Source: Promethearchaeota archaeon (GTDB taxonomy: Archaea > Asgardarchaeota > Lokiarchaeia > Sigyniarchaeales > SOKP01). From it: a DNA stretch of 64,000 nucleotides. The stretch lies in assembly GCA_008080735.1 (NCBI GenBank), contig SHMW01000004.1, forward strand, positions 32,001 through 96,000. The letters are read 5' to 3'. Below are positions 20,332 through 29,067 of the stretch, piece by piece. How positions within the stretch are numbered: position 1 is the first letter of the stretch; every line of letters starts with the position of its first letter. Below the pieces are notes generated by a model. That model saw only the letters and a program-made list of their open reading frames with translations. It was not told where the DNA came from and did no database searches. The position numbers and the translations under genes were made by a program.

Positions 20332-22095
20332 TTAATATGTTAATTCTAAAAATTGAGCGACTTCTGTCAAGGATGCTCTATAACGTTTAAAACTATAAAG
20401 ATCTGGTCCAAATATATGGATTAATTTTTTTATTATCTCATTAGGCGCTTCTTTAGGAAATAGTTTGTATTTTTCGTATTTTCTTTCTTCAATTACTATT
20501 GCTGATTTCAGCTCAAATAATTTGTTAATTGCTTCAGTATTTGGATAATTCAGTTCCACGGTAATCAATTCCCCAGATTGAGGTATTTTTTCTATGAGTT
20601 CTTCTTTGGTTCCACATTCTAAACCTTTTTCTGTAATAGTTAGTACCTTATCACAATCAGAAATAATGGTTTCTGGACCGTGAACTATTAATGCTACATG
20701 AAACTCTCTTTTTACATCTTCTAAATATTTCTTAAATTTCTCGTATTGGAGCCGATTTAAAATACCCTTTGGAAGTGAGAACATAATGATATCAGGAGAT
20801 TGTATAAGAGCCCGAGCAATACAAAATAGAAAATAATCTAACGCTTTTAAATCAGATACTGTATTTTTTCTTTTATTATACACTCCCGTAATTTGAAGTG
20901 CCCTCTTCCTAAGTTGTCGTCTTTCGCGATAATCCTGTAGAAATGATACGCTTTTCCAAAAAGGTCCTTTCGTCATCCATTCATCAAACAGAGTTGTAAG
21001 CTCAGACTCTCGTAAAATATTCATAAATTCTTCTTTGCTCCGTTGTCCCTTTATCTTTGTTTCCACATTATATTTAATCGCCTTTTTCAGCTTCATGCCC
21101 GCCATTTTAGAATCAATTGCTTCAGGAACAATGAATATCTTTTCTAAATCCTCTTCAGTGGTTAACTGAATAAATTTACCGAATATTTTTATAGTACCCG
21201 AAAACTGATGGCTTTTTCCTGCGATCGTAGAAAAAAATCTCATTATATTAATCTGTTCTCTACTTGATTCTGAGGAACCTTCATATAAAATTCCTAATGA
21301 TTGTCCTCTCGTAAGCCTAAAACTTATATCTTCCAATTCATCGCTGATTGAGACATCTTCTAATAAAAGATGTTGATAATTTTTGTAAAAATTCCGAATC
21401 TCTAAAATAGATAGAATAATATCTATTAATTCCTCAATTAAATCGATAATATGAGGTGGATTTAACTCATCCCAATTTCTAATAATATCTAATTGGGAAA
21501 ACTCTTCTAGTTTTATTATTCGGGACAGAAAACGTGAGAAATTTATATTTGGTTGAAGCGGGTAATTTTCAAAATTGATATCCAATTGTACATAAAACCC
21601 TGGAAAATAAATTCTTACTCTTCGATGATAAGGTATCTGGTCGAGTTGATAATTCTCAAAATTATCATTGAGAAGTTCTAATTCTCTATCTACTTCTTTT
21701 AAATGGTGTTGAAATTCCCTCTCGATTAATTTATCAATTCTCTGAATGATTTTTCTTGGACTTATTAAACCATCCTCGTCAAAATCCGGTTCGACCAAGA
21801 TTTCATTAAAATCTACTGTCGTTTCTATTGGGGTATTGATTTTTAATAGTGGAACACCTTTTTCTAATACATCCGTGTTAGTAAAGAATAAAACCTCGAT
21901 AAAACTTTTTTTATATTCTAAATCTAAAACGGTCGCTAATCCAAAGGTCCCTTGCCGAAAGATTAACCAATATTTTTCTGAAAACCGAATTGCATCAGTT
22001 ATTTTTTTTCTGAGAATTTCTAATTCTTCTTTCCTTGTTCTACTCAATTTCTGGCACCTCCATTGCTCTAAATCTAAAGTATTGTTCCATAACAC
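20332..22095 (-). CDS. degenerate ABC ATPase-like protein with N-terminal UBC/RWD-like region
   Basis: ISFRLTRGQSLGI, IARALIQSPDIIMF, CDKVLTI, but Walker A/B and signature motifs lost; VQLDINFENYPLQPNINFS..NWDELNPPHIIDLIEEL; true start probably the TTG near 22047. Confidence 0.65.
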   Translation of the reverse strand: MLWNNTLDLEQWRCQKLSRTRKEELEILRKKITDAIRFSEKYWLIFRQGTFGLATVLDLEYKKSFIEVLFFTNTDVLEKGVPLLKINTPIETTVDFNEILVEPDFDEDGLISPRKIIQRIDKLIEREFQHHLKEVDRELELLNDNFENYQLDQIPYHRRVRIYFPGFYVQLDINFENYPLQPNINFSRFLSRIIKLEEFSQLDIIRNWDELNPPHIIDLIEELIDIILSILEIRNFYKNYQHLLLEDVSISDELEDISFRLTRGQSLGILYEGSSESSREQINIMRFFSTIAGKSHQFSGTIKIFGKFIQLTTEEDLEKIFIVPEAIDSKMAGMKLKKAIKYNVETKIKGQRSKEEFMNILRESELTTLFDEWMTKGPFWKSVSFLQDYRERRQLRKRALQITGVYNKRKNTVSDLKALDYFLFCIARALIQSPDIIMFSLPKGILNRLQYEKFKKYLEDVKREFHVALIVHGPETIISDCDKVLTITEKGLECGTKEELIEKIPQSGELITVELNYPNTEAINKLFELKSAIVIEERKYEKYKLFPKEAPNEIIKKLIHIFGPDLYSFKRYRASLTEVAQFLELTY

Positions 22096-25000
22096 TGTCC
22101 GATTGCTTTAATCCAAGTATACTGTTTTCTCCAAACGTTTTTTCTAGCTCCTCGCGAACTTCATTCAAATTAAGGTTCGTGAGCAATGCAAAATCCGTCC
22201 CTACCTTATTTTCCAATGCCTTGTCTATTCCTTCAATTTTCTCTAATCTCTCAACAGCATCTTCTTGAATATCGTAGAAGAAAAGCTCAATAGTTCTCCC
22301 ATCACCGGGTAATTGAGACAATAGTTGTCTAGGCGTGCCAAAATCGATCATACCCCTTCCTCTTCCAAATACAACTACTTTATTACAGAATCGTGATTCT
22401 TCAGGATAATGACTGATTACTATTAAGGTGGTATTATATTTCTCATTAATTTGAGTAAGTGCGAGCCATAAATTCTCACGCACAACTGGGTCTAAGCCCG
22501 AAGTAGGCTCGTCCAGTATGCAAAAGATTGGATTATGAATCAGACCCATAGCAATACTCACCCGACGCTTCTGCCCACCCGATAGATTTTTTACAAGCTC
22601 ATTCATCTTATCTTCAATTTCGAGACTTCGAAGAAGTCGTTTGGACTTGCTTACTATTTCTTTTTCGGTTAGACCATATTGCTTTCCAAAATAGATAAGG
22701 TTTTGCAGAGTAGTAAAATCAGTATAGATCTTGCCTAAATCTTGAGGAACATAACCATAAATAGGTCTAATTTTCCGTTTATTTTTTTTTACATCCATTC
22801 CATAAATTTCACATATTCCCGTATATTTGCGCATTCCTAATAAAGCTTTTACGAAGGTGGACTTACCCGCTCCACTTTCTCCTAAAACGCCCAATATCTC
22901 ACCGTGTTCTAATTCAAGCGAAACACCATCCACAATTAGTTTCTTTCCGATATAAATATCTAAATTTTCACAATAAACCGCTGAAAAACGTTTAAGATAA
23001 TTTATATTTAAATCTCCTTCTAGTCCGATCATTGACTTTAAAATTTTCATCACGCGTTCATTAAGATAAGACAATATACTGATGACGATGAAAGCTACTA
23101 TGAGCAGTGCTTCTGATATCATTAACCATATTAATAAATTACTCCACGGCAATGGATCAAATGCCTGGTCATATCGAATTTCATCTATGATCACTAAACC
23201 ATATGGCGTGTTTCTTAAATCGCCCCCAAATGATGGAATATCGCCAACCCCTCCCGTATTTAGACTAATGCATCGTCTATACCATTCGGTAAGAGTTTTG
23301 ATATCTTCGGGTTGTGAACGATATCGATATAAAGCAATCGAACCTAAATAGGTAGATATGAATGAGGAGGGTAATTCAGTTAATTGGGAAAGAAACGGGA
23401 TAATATTAAAGCTCCCCTCCTCTTTTTGGGCGCCTTTTAAAAATTCTATTGCAGCAATTTTAGAAAGAGGTTCTAAATTCAATATTTTATGAATTTCCAA
23501 TCCATAATATGTAGAGATTACATCCGAATGAAATCCGTGAATAATGGAAAATCCTCCATCGGGATTCTGTCCAGAAGAGATCCAGTGAGTAAGAGTATTT
23601 TGATCTATTAGATTAAGAGCATTTAGATCATTCAAACTTTTAATTGCCCAATAGGTACTTTCTGTGGTGGAAATATTCGTGTCAATCAGATCTTTAAGAA
23701 GTAACTCATAAGCAGGTCCGAAATATGATAAAAGTAACTCAAAATCCTCCCCAAGTTTGAATCCTCCATCCGGATTCTGTAAATTAGCTAAATAATTGAC
23801 TGTTGCGGTCACATTTGGGAGATTTTGAAGCGTATACGGTTTAAATAACTGGTATAGAAATACAGCGCAGTAAGTGGAAAATATTGATGAATTAGCTAAA
23901 GGTTGGGAGCCGAATCCCCCATCCTCGGGATTATAACACGAATTTACAAAATTTATTATGCTATTTATATCTATGTATGTTATATATTTTTCTGAATTCC
24001 AATTATAAAGAGCCAAAACGCCGAGATAATTGATTTGAAGATTCGTCTCACCGATGAGACCATTGAAGGCTTGATATTCATACAACCAATTATAATAGTT
24101 TATTTTAAAAGAATCATCAATTACTAAACTACCATTTTTTTCTAATAAAAAGATTGAATTCATTCCACCCCATCCCGATGTGAAATCGGAAACGTTTATC
24201 GCCCAATGAGGACCAAATCCGCCGTCCAAATTAGTACAATTTGTTACAAATTCTTTAGTTTGTGTTTGATTAATAAAAAAACTATTATTAAAATGATAAA
24301 TATTCCATAATGAATAATAAGTTGCCGATATGTCTGAAATCGCGGCTTGAGTAGATGATCTGAACCCCCCATCCAATGGATTATACAATAGATTATAATA
24401 TCCGAAAATTGCTAATTCTTCTGAAGAATTATATGTATACCCCATTTCTAAATACGCTCGAACGCCATAATATGTGGTTTCAGCGGTCACTGTCGTATAG
24501 GAACGATTAGAATACCTATAACTCCCAGAAAATCCTATTGAGTAGTTCCCTAACAATTTAATATAAGCGGTAATAGACGCATTATTCGTTTCGAGAATAG
24601 AGTTAGCGTTGAGTCTTTTTACGAGCTTAATTGCATAGTATGTAGAGATGATATCTGCCTCGGGGACTTCCTCATTATATTTAAATCCCATCCCCCCTTC
24701 ATCTAATGAATTATTGATGTAATCGATTGTCCGATTTATTCTATCTTGATGCTCGGGTGCATCTAAATAACTCCCGTTGAGCAAATCGATCGTTTCAATA
24801 ACCTTATATGTAGAATACATATCGCCAAGACCTCCTATATCAGAATAAGACCCATCGGGATTTTGTTTTTCAAATAAATAATCTAAGAAAAATTCCCGCT
24901 TACTCTCGCTTAGGTTGGGATTATTCACAGGATGGACAAAATGAGATGTGTTAAATAATGGACTGGAAAAATTAATGGAATCGATAGCTCGATAATTCGA

Positions 25001-25168
25001 ATCTATTGTTGGTTCTACGAACAAGTTGTCGGGATTTTGATGAGTGCCAGAAAAATACGCCATATTGTTTTTATAGCTTTTCACTTGAGCTTCACTAAAA
25101 TATTCAATAAACGGAATATTGATTAATCCTAATACAATTAATTCTCCGATGAACAACCCGATAATCAA
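22040..25168 (-). CDS. prenyltransferase/squalene-cyclase repeat domain, TM helix and ABC ATPase fusion
   Basis: Repeated QNPDGGF-like motifs, many N-x-S/T sequons, TM LLIWLMISEALLIVAFIVISIL, GESGAGKST, LSGGQ, ILDEPTSGLD; frame is open upstream to 25213. Confidence 0.88.
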   Translation of the reverse strand: MIIGLFIGELIVLGLINIPFIEYFSEAQVKSYKNNMAYFSGTHQNPDNLFVEPTIDSNYRAIDSINFSSPLFNTSHFVHPVNNPNLSESKREFFLDYLFEKQNPDGSYSDIGGLGDMYSTYKVIETIDLLNGSYLDAPEHQDRINRTIDYINNSLDEGGMGFKYNEEVPEADIISTYYAIKLVKRLNANSILETNNASITAYIKLLGNYSIGFSGSYRYSNRSYTTVTAETTYYGVRAYLEMGYTYNSSEELAIFGYYNLLYNPLDGGFRSSTQAAISDISATYYSLWNIYHFNNSFFINQTQTKEFVTNCTNLDGGFGPHWAINVSDFTSGWGGMNSIFLLEKNGSLVIDDSFKINYYNWLYEYQAFNGLIGETNLQINYLGVLALYNWNSEKYITYIDINSIINFVNSCYNPEDGGFGSQPLANSSIFSTYCAVFLYQLFKPYTLQNLPNVTATVNYLANLQNPDGGFKLGEDFELLLSYFGPAYELLLKDLIDTNISTTESTYWAIKSLNDLNALNLIDQNTLTHWISSGQNPDGGFSIIHGFHSDVISTYYGLEIHKILNLEPLSKIAAIEFLKGAQKEEGSFNIIPFLSQLTELPSSFISTYLGSIALYRYRSQPEDIKTLTEWYRRCISLNTGGVGDIPSFGGDLRNTPYGLVIIDEIRYDQAFDPLPWSNLLIWLMISEALLIVAFIVISILSYLNERVMKILKSMIGLEGDLNINYLKRFSAVYCENLDIYIGKKLIVDGVSLELEHGEILGVLGESGAGKSTFVKALLGMRKYTGICEIYGMDVKKNKRKIRPIYGYVPQDLGKIYTDFTTLQNLIYFGKQYGLTEKEIVSKSKRLLRSLEIEDKMNELVKNLSGGQKRRVSIAMGLIHNPIFCILDEPTSGLDPVVRENLWLALTQINEKYNTTLIVISHYPEESRFCNKVVVFGRGRGMIDFGTPRQLLSQLPGDGRTIELFFYDIQEDAVERLEKIEGIDKALENKVGTDFALLTNLNLNEVREELEKTFGENSILGLKQSDSVMEQYFRFRAMEVPEIE

Positions 25169-25238
25169 TAATAAATACTTGATTCGGCGTTTTTTCTTTC
25201 TGTCTATTATTATTCACCTGGTTTATGTATTGCTTTTT

Positions 25239-26269
25239 CTACTTTTCTAATAATTCTAATCTATCTTTCTCTTCCTCTCTTTTGATTCGTAATTGGAAAT
25301 AACGTCTAAAATTTGCAACATCTCTGCTCATTGCCATTATCTTGACTTCTCTTTCCAGTAAATAGTCGATAAGAGGGAGTAAATTTTCCTCGAAATCTTC
25401 TAAAAATACCTCGACTACATCATTACCTACTCGAGATACTTCTTCACAATGCTCAAAATCCGCTATTATATCAATGATCTCTCCTGTGAGGTTTTCAATC
25501 GATAATCTCGCTAGTAATCCATTGCTTGGTAGAGAGGAAATTAAATTATGGGGGGTATCGAAATCAAGTAATTTTCCTTTCCTTAAGATTGCGGTCTTAT
25601 CACAGACAAGTGCCGCCTCTAAATCATGTGTGATGATAAACATTGTAGTCCCTAGTTTTCGGTTTAATTTCTTAAGATAATTAAGGATATCATAACGCTT
25701 ATTGGCGTCTACACCTTTTATCCAAATTAATTGAGATAATTAATTTGTGTGGTAGGTTCATCTAAAAATAAGACGCCTGGATTATGAATAAGCCCTATAG
25801 CCATTGAGACTCTCTTTTTTTCTCCTCCACTAAGACTTTTTAGTGGGTTTTTCCATGTATCTTCGGGAATATCAAGTATAGAAAATAACTCTCTAGCACG
25901 TTTTCTTGCGTCCTTTTTTGTCATCCCGTAATTTGATCCGAATATTTCTACATTAACTAGCGGGGAAAGTTCATAATAGAGATTTAGTAATTCTAACTGT
26001 GGAACATAACCAATATTACTTAATATCTCAGAGTGATTTCTTTTCTTAGCAGGATTCAGACCAGTGACCATTATATCACCTGACCAATTGTTTTTCTTGA
26101 TTTGACAAGTTAGAACTCTAATTATAGTTGTCTTTCCAGCTCCAGATATTCCAAATAATCCAATTAATTCCTTTTTTTTAACATTGAAAGATACATTATG
26201 AATAATTTGAGAATCACCAAAAAACACATTAAGATTCTCAACATCAACAGATACTTGATTTAAAATCAA
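25239..26269 (-). CDS. ABC transporter ATP-binding protein interrupted by a putative 32-nt intron (join 26269-25749, 25716-25239; 332 aa)
   Basis: Exon 1 GISGAGKTT, LSGGE, LFLDEPTT; exon 2 GVDANKRYDILNYLKKLNRKLGTTMFIITHD; joins track ORFs 25727..26269 and 25239..25643. Confidence 0.9.
25717..25748 (-). other. putative BHB-type mRNA intron, 32 nt, stop-containing and frameshifting
   Basis: mRNA ACC-UACC-AC^A-CAAAUUAAUU-AUCUC-AAUUAAUUUG-GAUA-AA^A-GGU: 10-bp perfect hairpin, central helix UACC/GAUA (one C-A mismatch), two 3-nt bulges, exon helix ACC/GGU. Confidence 0.85.
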
Positions 26270-26476
26270 ACACCACCACTAAGTAGGAAGTTTTTCTCAT
26301 TTTCATTACAATAAATTATACCTAAATTAGTAAACATTACTTTAATTAATGATTTAATGATATTTACAATTTTTAAAATTATGTTAATAAGAAAATTGTT
26401 TAAATTATTTTATTTTTTGTGGGATTTTGACTACTCTTAAAACTCTAAATAACCCGAGAGAATTTTTAAATGAAAT

Positions 26477-27678
26477 TTACTTATTATATCGTTTTAATAT
26501 CAAATGAATCCAATTAATAGTATTAATAAAAATATTGGGAGTGGTATCTGAGTCTTGTGGTGTGGAATGCGAACCATAATTTGATAAAATTCCAAAAGTT
26601 TTATAAACTGAAGATCTTTCAATATGAGTGTCTTGTTTATTTTCAGGAGTTTCTTTTAGGATTTTATGTTTTTCCAGCGTTTCTAGATTTTTCATCATAT
26701 TTTTTGGCTTTTTCCCGAAGCTTTTGATAATTTCTTTCACCACCCCTCAAGAACATTTTTAATCAATGATAAGGGTGCTTTACGTTTGGAGTCAAACAAT
26801 TCCTGCGCTTCATTAAAATCTCGAAGAGCAGTTTTAAAATTGTATTTAATTAATAGCTGATTAATTTCTTTTATTTCTCTTTTAAATTGATCCACAATTT
26901 TTTGTTTTAATATGTCATTCTGTGTTTTGCATTTCTCAGTGTTAAAGTCTTCAATATTTTCTGTAGCTCTTTGGCATACCTTTGTTCCGTTTTCTTTAAT
27001 TTCTATTAATTCATTTAATCTAGGTTCAAAAGTACTATTTTCGAGGATTTTATTTATTTTATCTAATATTTTAGGTAATTCTTGAAAATTCTCTTTATAT
27101 TTTCCCCTTAATTCTTTCTTTGATAATTTATCTAAAATATTTCTAAATATAGTTAGAGCTTCGGCATAATTTCTATAACTTTGAAGGTATTTATCTAATT
27201 TATAATAAATTTCTCCTAAAATTAAGAAATTTTTGACTTTAAGTTTAATATCCCCTATTTCCTTACTAATATCAATTGATTTCTTAGCAAAATTAATAGC
27301 TTTATTATTTTCTCCTTTACTTTTATAAATCACTGCTAAATCGTAATATGTTGCACAGATTTCTCGTCTAATATTACTTTCTTGAGCAATCTTTAAGGCA
27401 TTTAGAGTAGATTGCTCAGATCTCTCGTAATTCCCTTTTCTGAGATAAATCTTCCCTAAATCTAATAAAACTATGATCTTGCAGCCCTTTAAATTATTCC
27501 CTTCACTATATTCTAACATATAATACAATATCTCCTCTTCATTATCGAACTCTTCAAGAGTTCCTAAAGTTGAAAGAATATTTATAAAAAATGTAAGAAT
27601 TCTATCAGAATCTTGAATATTTTCATAAGAATTTAATGCTAGATTTATATAATTGTTAAATTGATCTATATCTCTCAA
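26477..27678 (-). pseudogene. 5'-truncated, frameshifted TPR protein with a possible HEPN/Abi-C-like C-terminal domain
   Basis: TPRs (LGKIYLRKGNYERS, LAVIYKSKGENNKA, LGEIYYKLDKYLQS); one extra G in GAGGGGTGGTG near 26743 joins both ORFs (LEG-VVKEIIK); C-terminal LSNYGSHS. Confidence 0.6.
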
Positions 27679-27691
27679 TTCGAGATAAATA

Positions 27692-27823
27692 TCAGATAAA
27701 TAATCCTATCAATTCTCCTTCATTAACTTCAAATGATACATCATGGATAATATGGGCATCTCCAAAAGAGACATTTAGTTTATCCACCTCTACGACTGGA
27801 ATAACATTATTTATAGCATTCAT
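27692..27823 (-). pseudogene. truncated ABC ATPase N-terminus (43 aa)
   Basis: MNAINNVIPVVEVDKLNVSFGDAHIIHDVSFEVNEGELIGLFI*, paralogous to VDVENLNVFFGDSQIIHNVSFNVKKKELIGLF of the 26269 gene; stops just before Walker A. Confidence 0.8.
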
Positions 27824-27825
27824 AT

Positions 27826-29067
27826 TTACACTTCATACCTCCGTTTGTAGAATAGAATGAATGTGACTATATTCAATACGATGCTTATCCCAAGAAGGAA
27901 AAAGAAATGAAATCCAAATACAGTCTTTCCTTTTGCCAAAATAGCTTCCACCATCGGACTTCCATGTGTTAATGGCAATATATTCGCAAAGACTCGTAAA
28001 TAGATGGGCATCGATCCTAATGGAACAAAAATACCACTGAGCAAAATAATAACAATGAAAAATGCAAAGAATAACTGATTTGCCTCCGTTTTACTCTTAC
28101 TGAGAGAACTAATGAAAAGACCGAGACTAATTCCAGTGTATCCTAGGATATATATCGCTAGGAACAGCTCAGATAAGGACCCCTTCAAATAAAGACCGCC
28201 AAATATAGAAGCTAAAAGTATGAGAAGAGTTTGTAGAAATAATACTAACGAGTAAGTGATATATTTCGAGATGAGTACTTCTGCTCGTTTTACGGGGGTG
28301 AGTAATAATCGTGCTATGGGTTTTTCTTTCACGATCACTAGAATCGTCAATACATTTGCGATTCCGAAAATCATCAAAGGCAAAATCATAATCAAATTCG
28401 AGTTCAAGCTGGCATTATAATCTGCTGGAATTGAAAACTCTTCATTCGGCTCTAATACAATTTGAGGAGTCAAATTATTCGCTGAGATAAAAAGATTCAC
28501 AGAATCATATATCGCATTCAATATTTTTTGAATATCTGCGATTCGTGAAGAATCTGGTATACACTCGATCGAGGCGGGGAGCTCATATTCAAGCATCTCA
28601 CTAAATTCTAAAGGAACAACAATAATGCATTTTATTTCTCCATGTAATAACATATTTCTAGCAGTTTCCATCGAATATCTTTGTTCGGGGTTTGTGGTAT
28701 TATAAAATGCTATTAGATTCAAAGAGTCTGTCTCATTGACCGCGTTTATGTATGGAATGGTATAATTATCCCATGTGGTTTCTGTATAATTATTATTGGG
28801 ATTAATAAAGGTGTTTGAATCATTTGAGACGATTACTACGGGAAATGCACTTCCATTACCCGCTTCTTGATTCATAAAAGAAAATAACATAATGATTCCA
28901 GGAGGTAATAGTAGCGCGATGACTAAATTCCACGGATCAGTCCGTAATAGTCTAAATTCTTTTTTAATTTGTTTAAAAAGGCGAAATAAGCTGTTCTTCA
29001 AATTTATTATTGTTCTTTTGAAAGAACTCTTTTGATTTTTATCTGTTTTCTGTTCTTTCACCATCAA
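27826..29067 (-). CDS. ABC-2 type transporter permease
   Basis: KKEFRLLRTD, large extracellular loop, RLLLTPVKRAEVLISK, LSGIFVPLGSMP..LPLTH. Confidence 0.9.
   Translation of the reverse strand: MMVKEQKTDKNQKSSFKRTIINLKNSLFRLFKQIKKEFRLLRTDPWNLVIALLLPPGIIMLFSFMNQEAGNGSAFPVVIVSNDSNTFINPNNNYTETTWDNYTIPYINAVNETDSLNLIAFYNTTNPEQRYSMETARNMLLHGEIKCIIVVPLEFSEMLEYELPASIECIPDSSRIADIQKILNAIYDSVNLFISANNLTPQIVLEPNEEFSIPADYNASLNSNLIMILPLMIFGIANVLTILVIVKEKPIARLLLTPVKRAEVLISKYITYSLVLFLQTLLILLASIFGGLYLKGSLSELFLAIYILGYTGISLGLFISSLSKSKTEANQLFFAFFIVIILLSGIFVPLGSMPIYLRVFANILPLTHGSPMVEAILAKGKTVFGFHFFFLLGISIVLNIVTFILFYKRRYEV

Noticed and set aside
25727-26269. Reading the split ABC ATPase as two genes or a simple sequencing frameshift
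   Set aside because: The break is a precise 32-nt structured insertion within a conserved motif, not a homopolymer indel, and neither half is a complete NBD.
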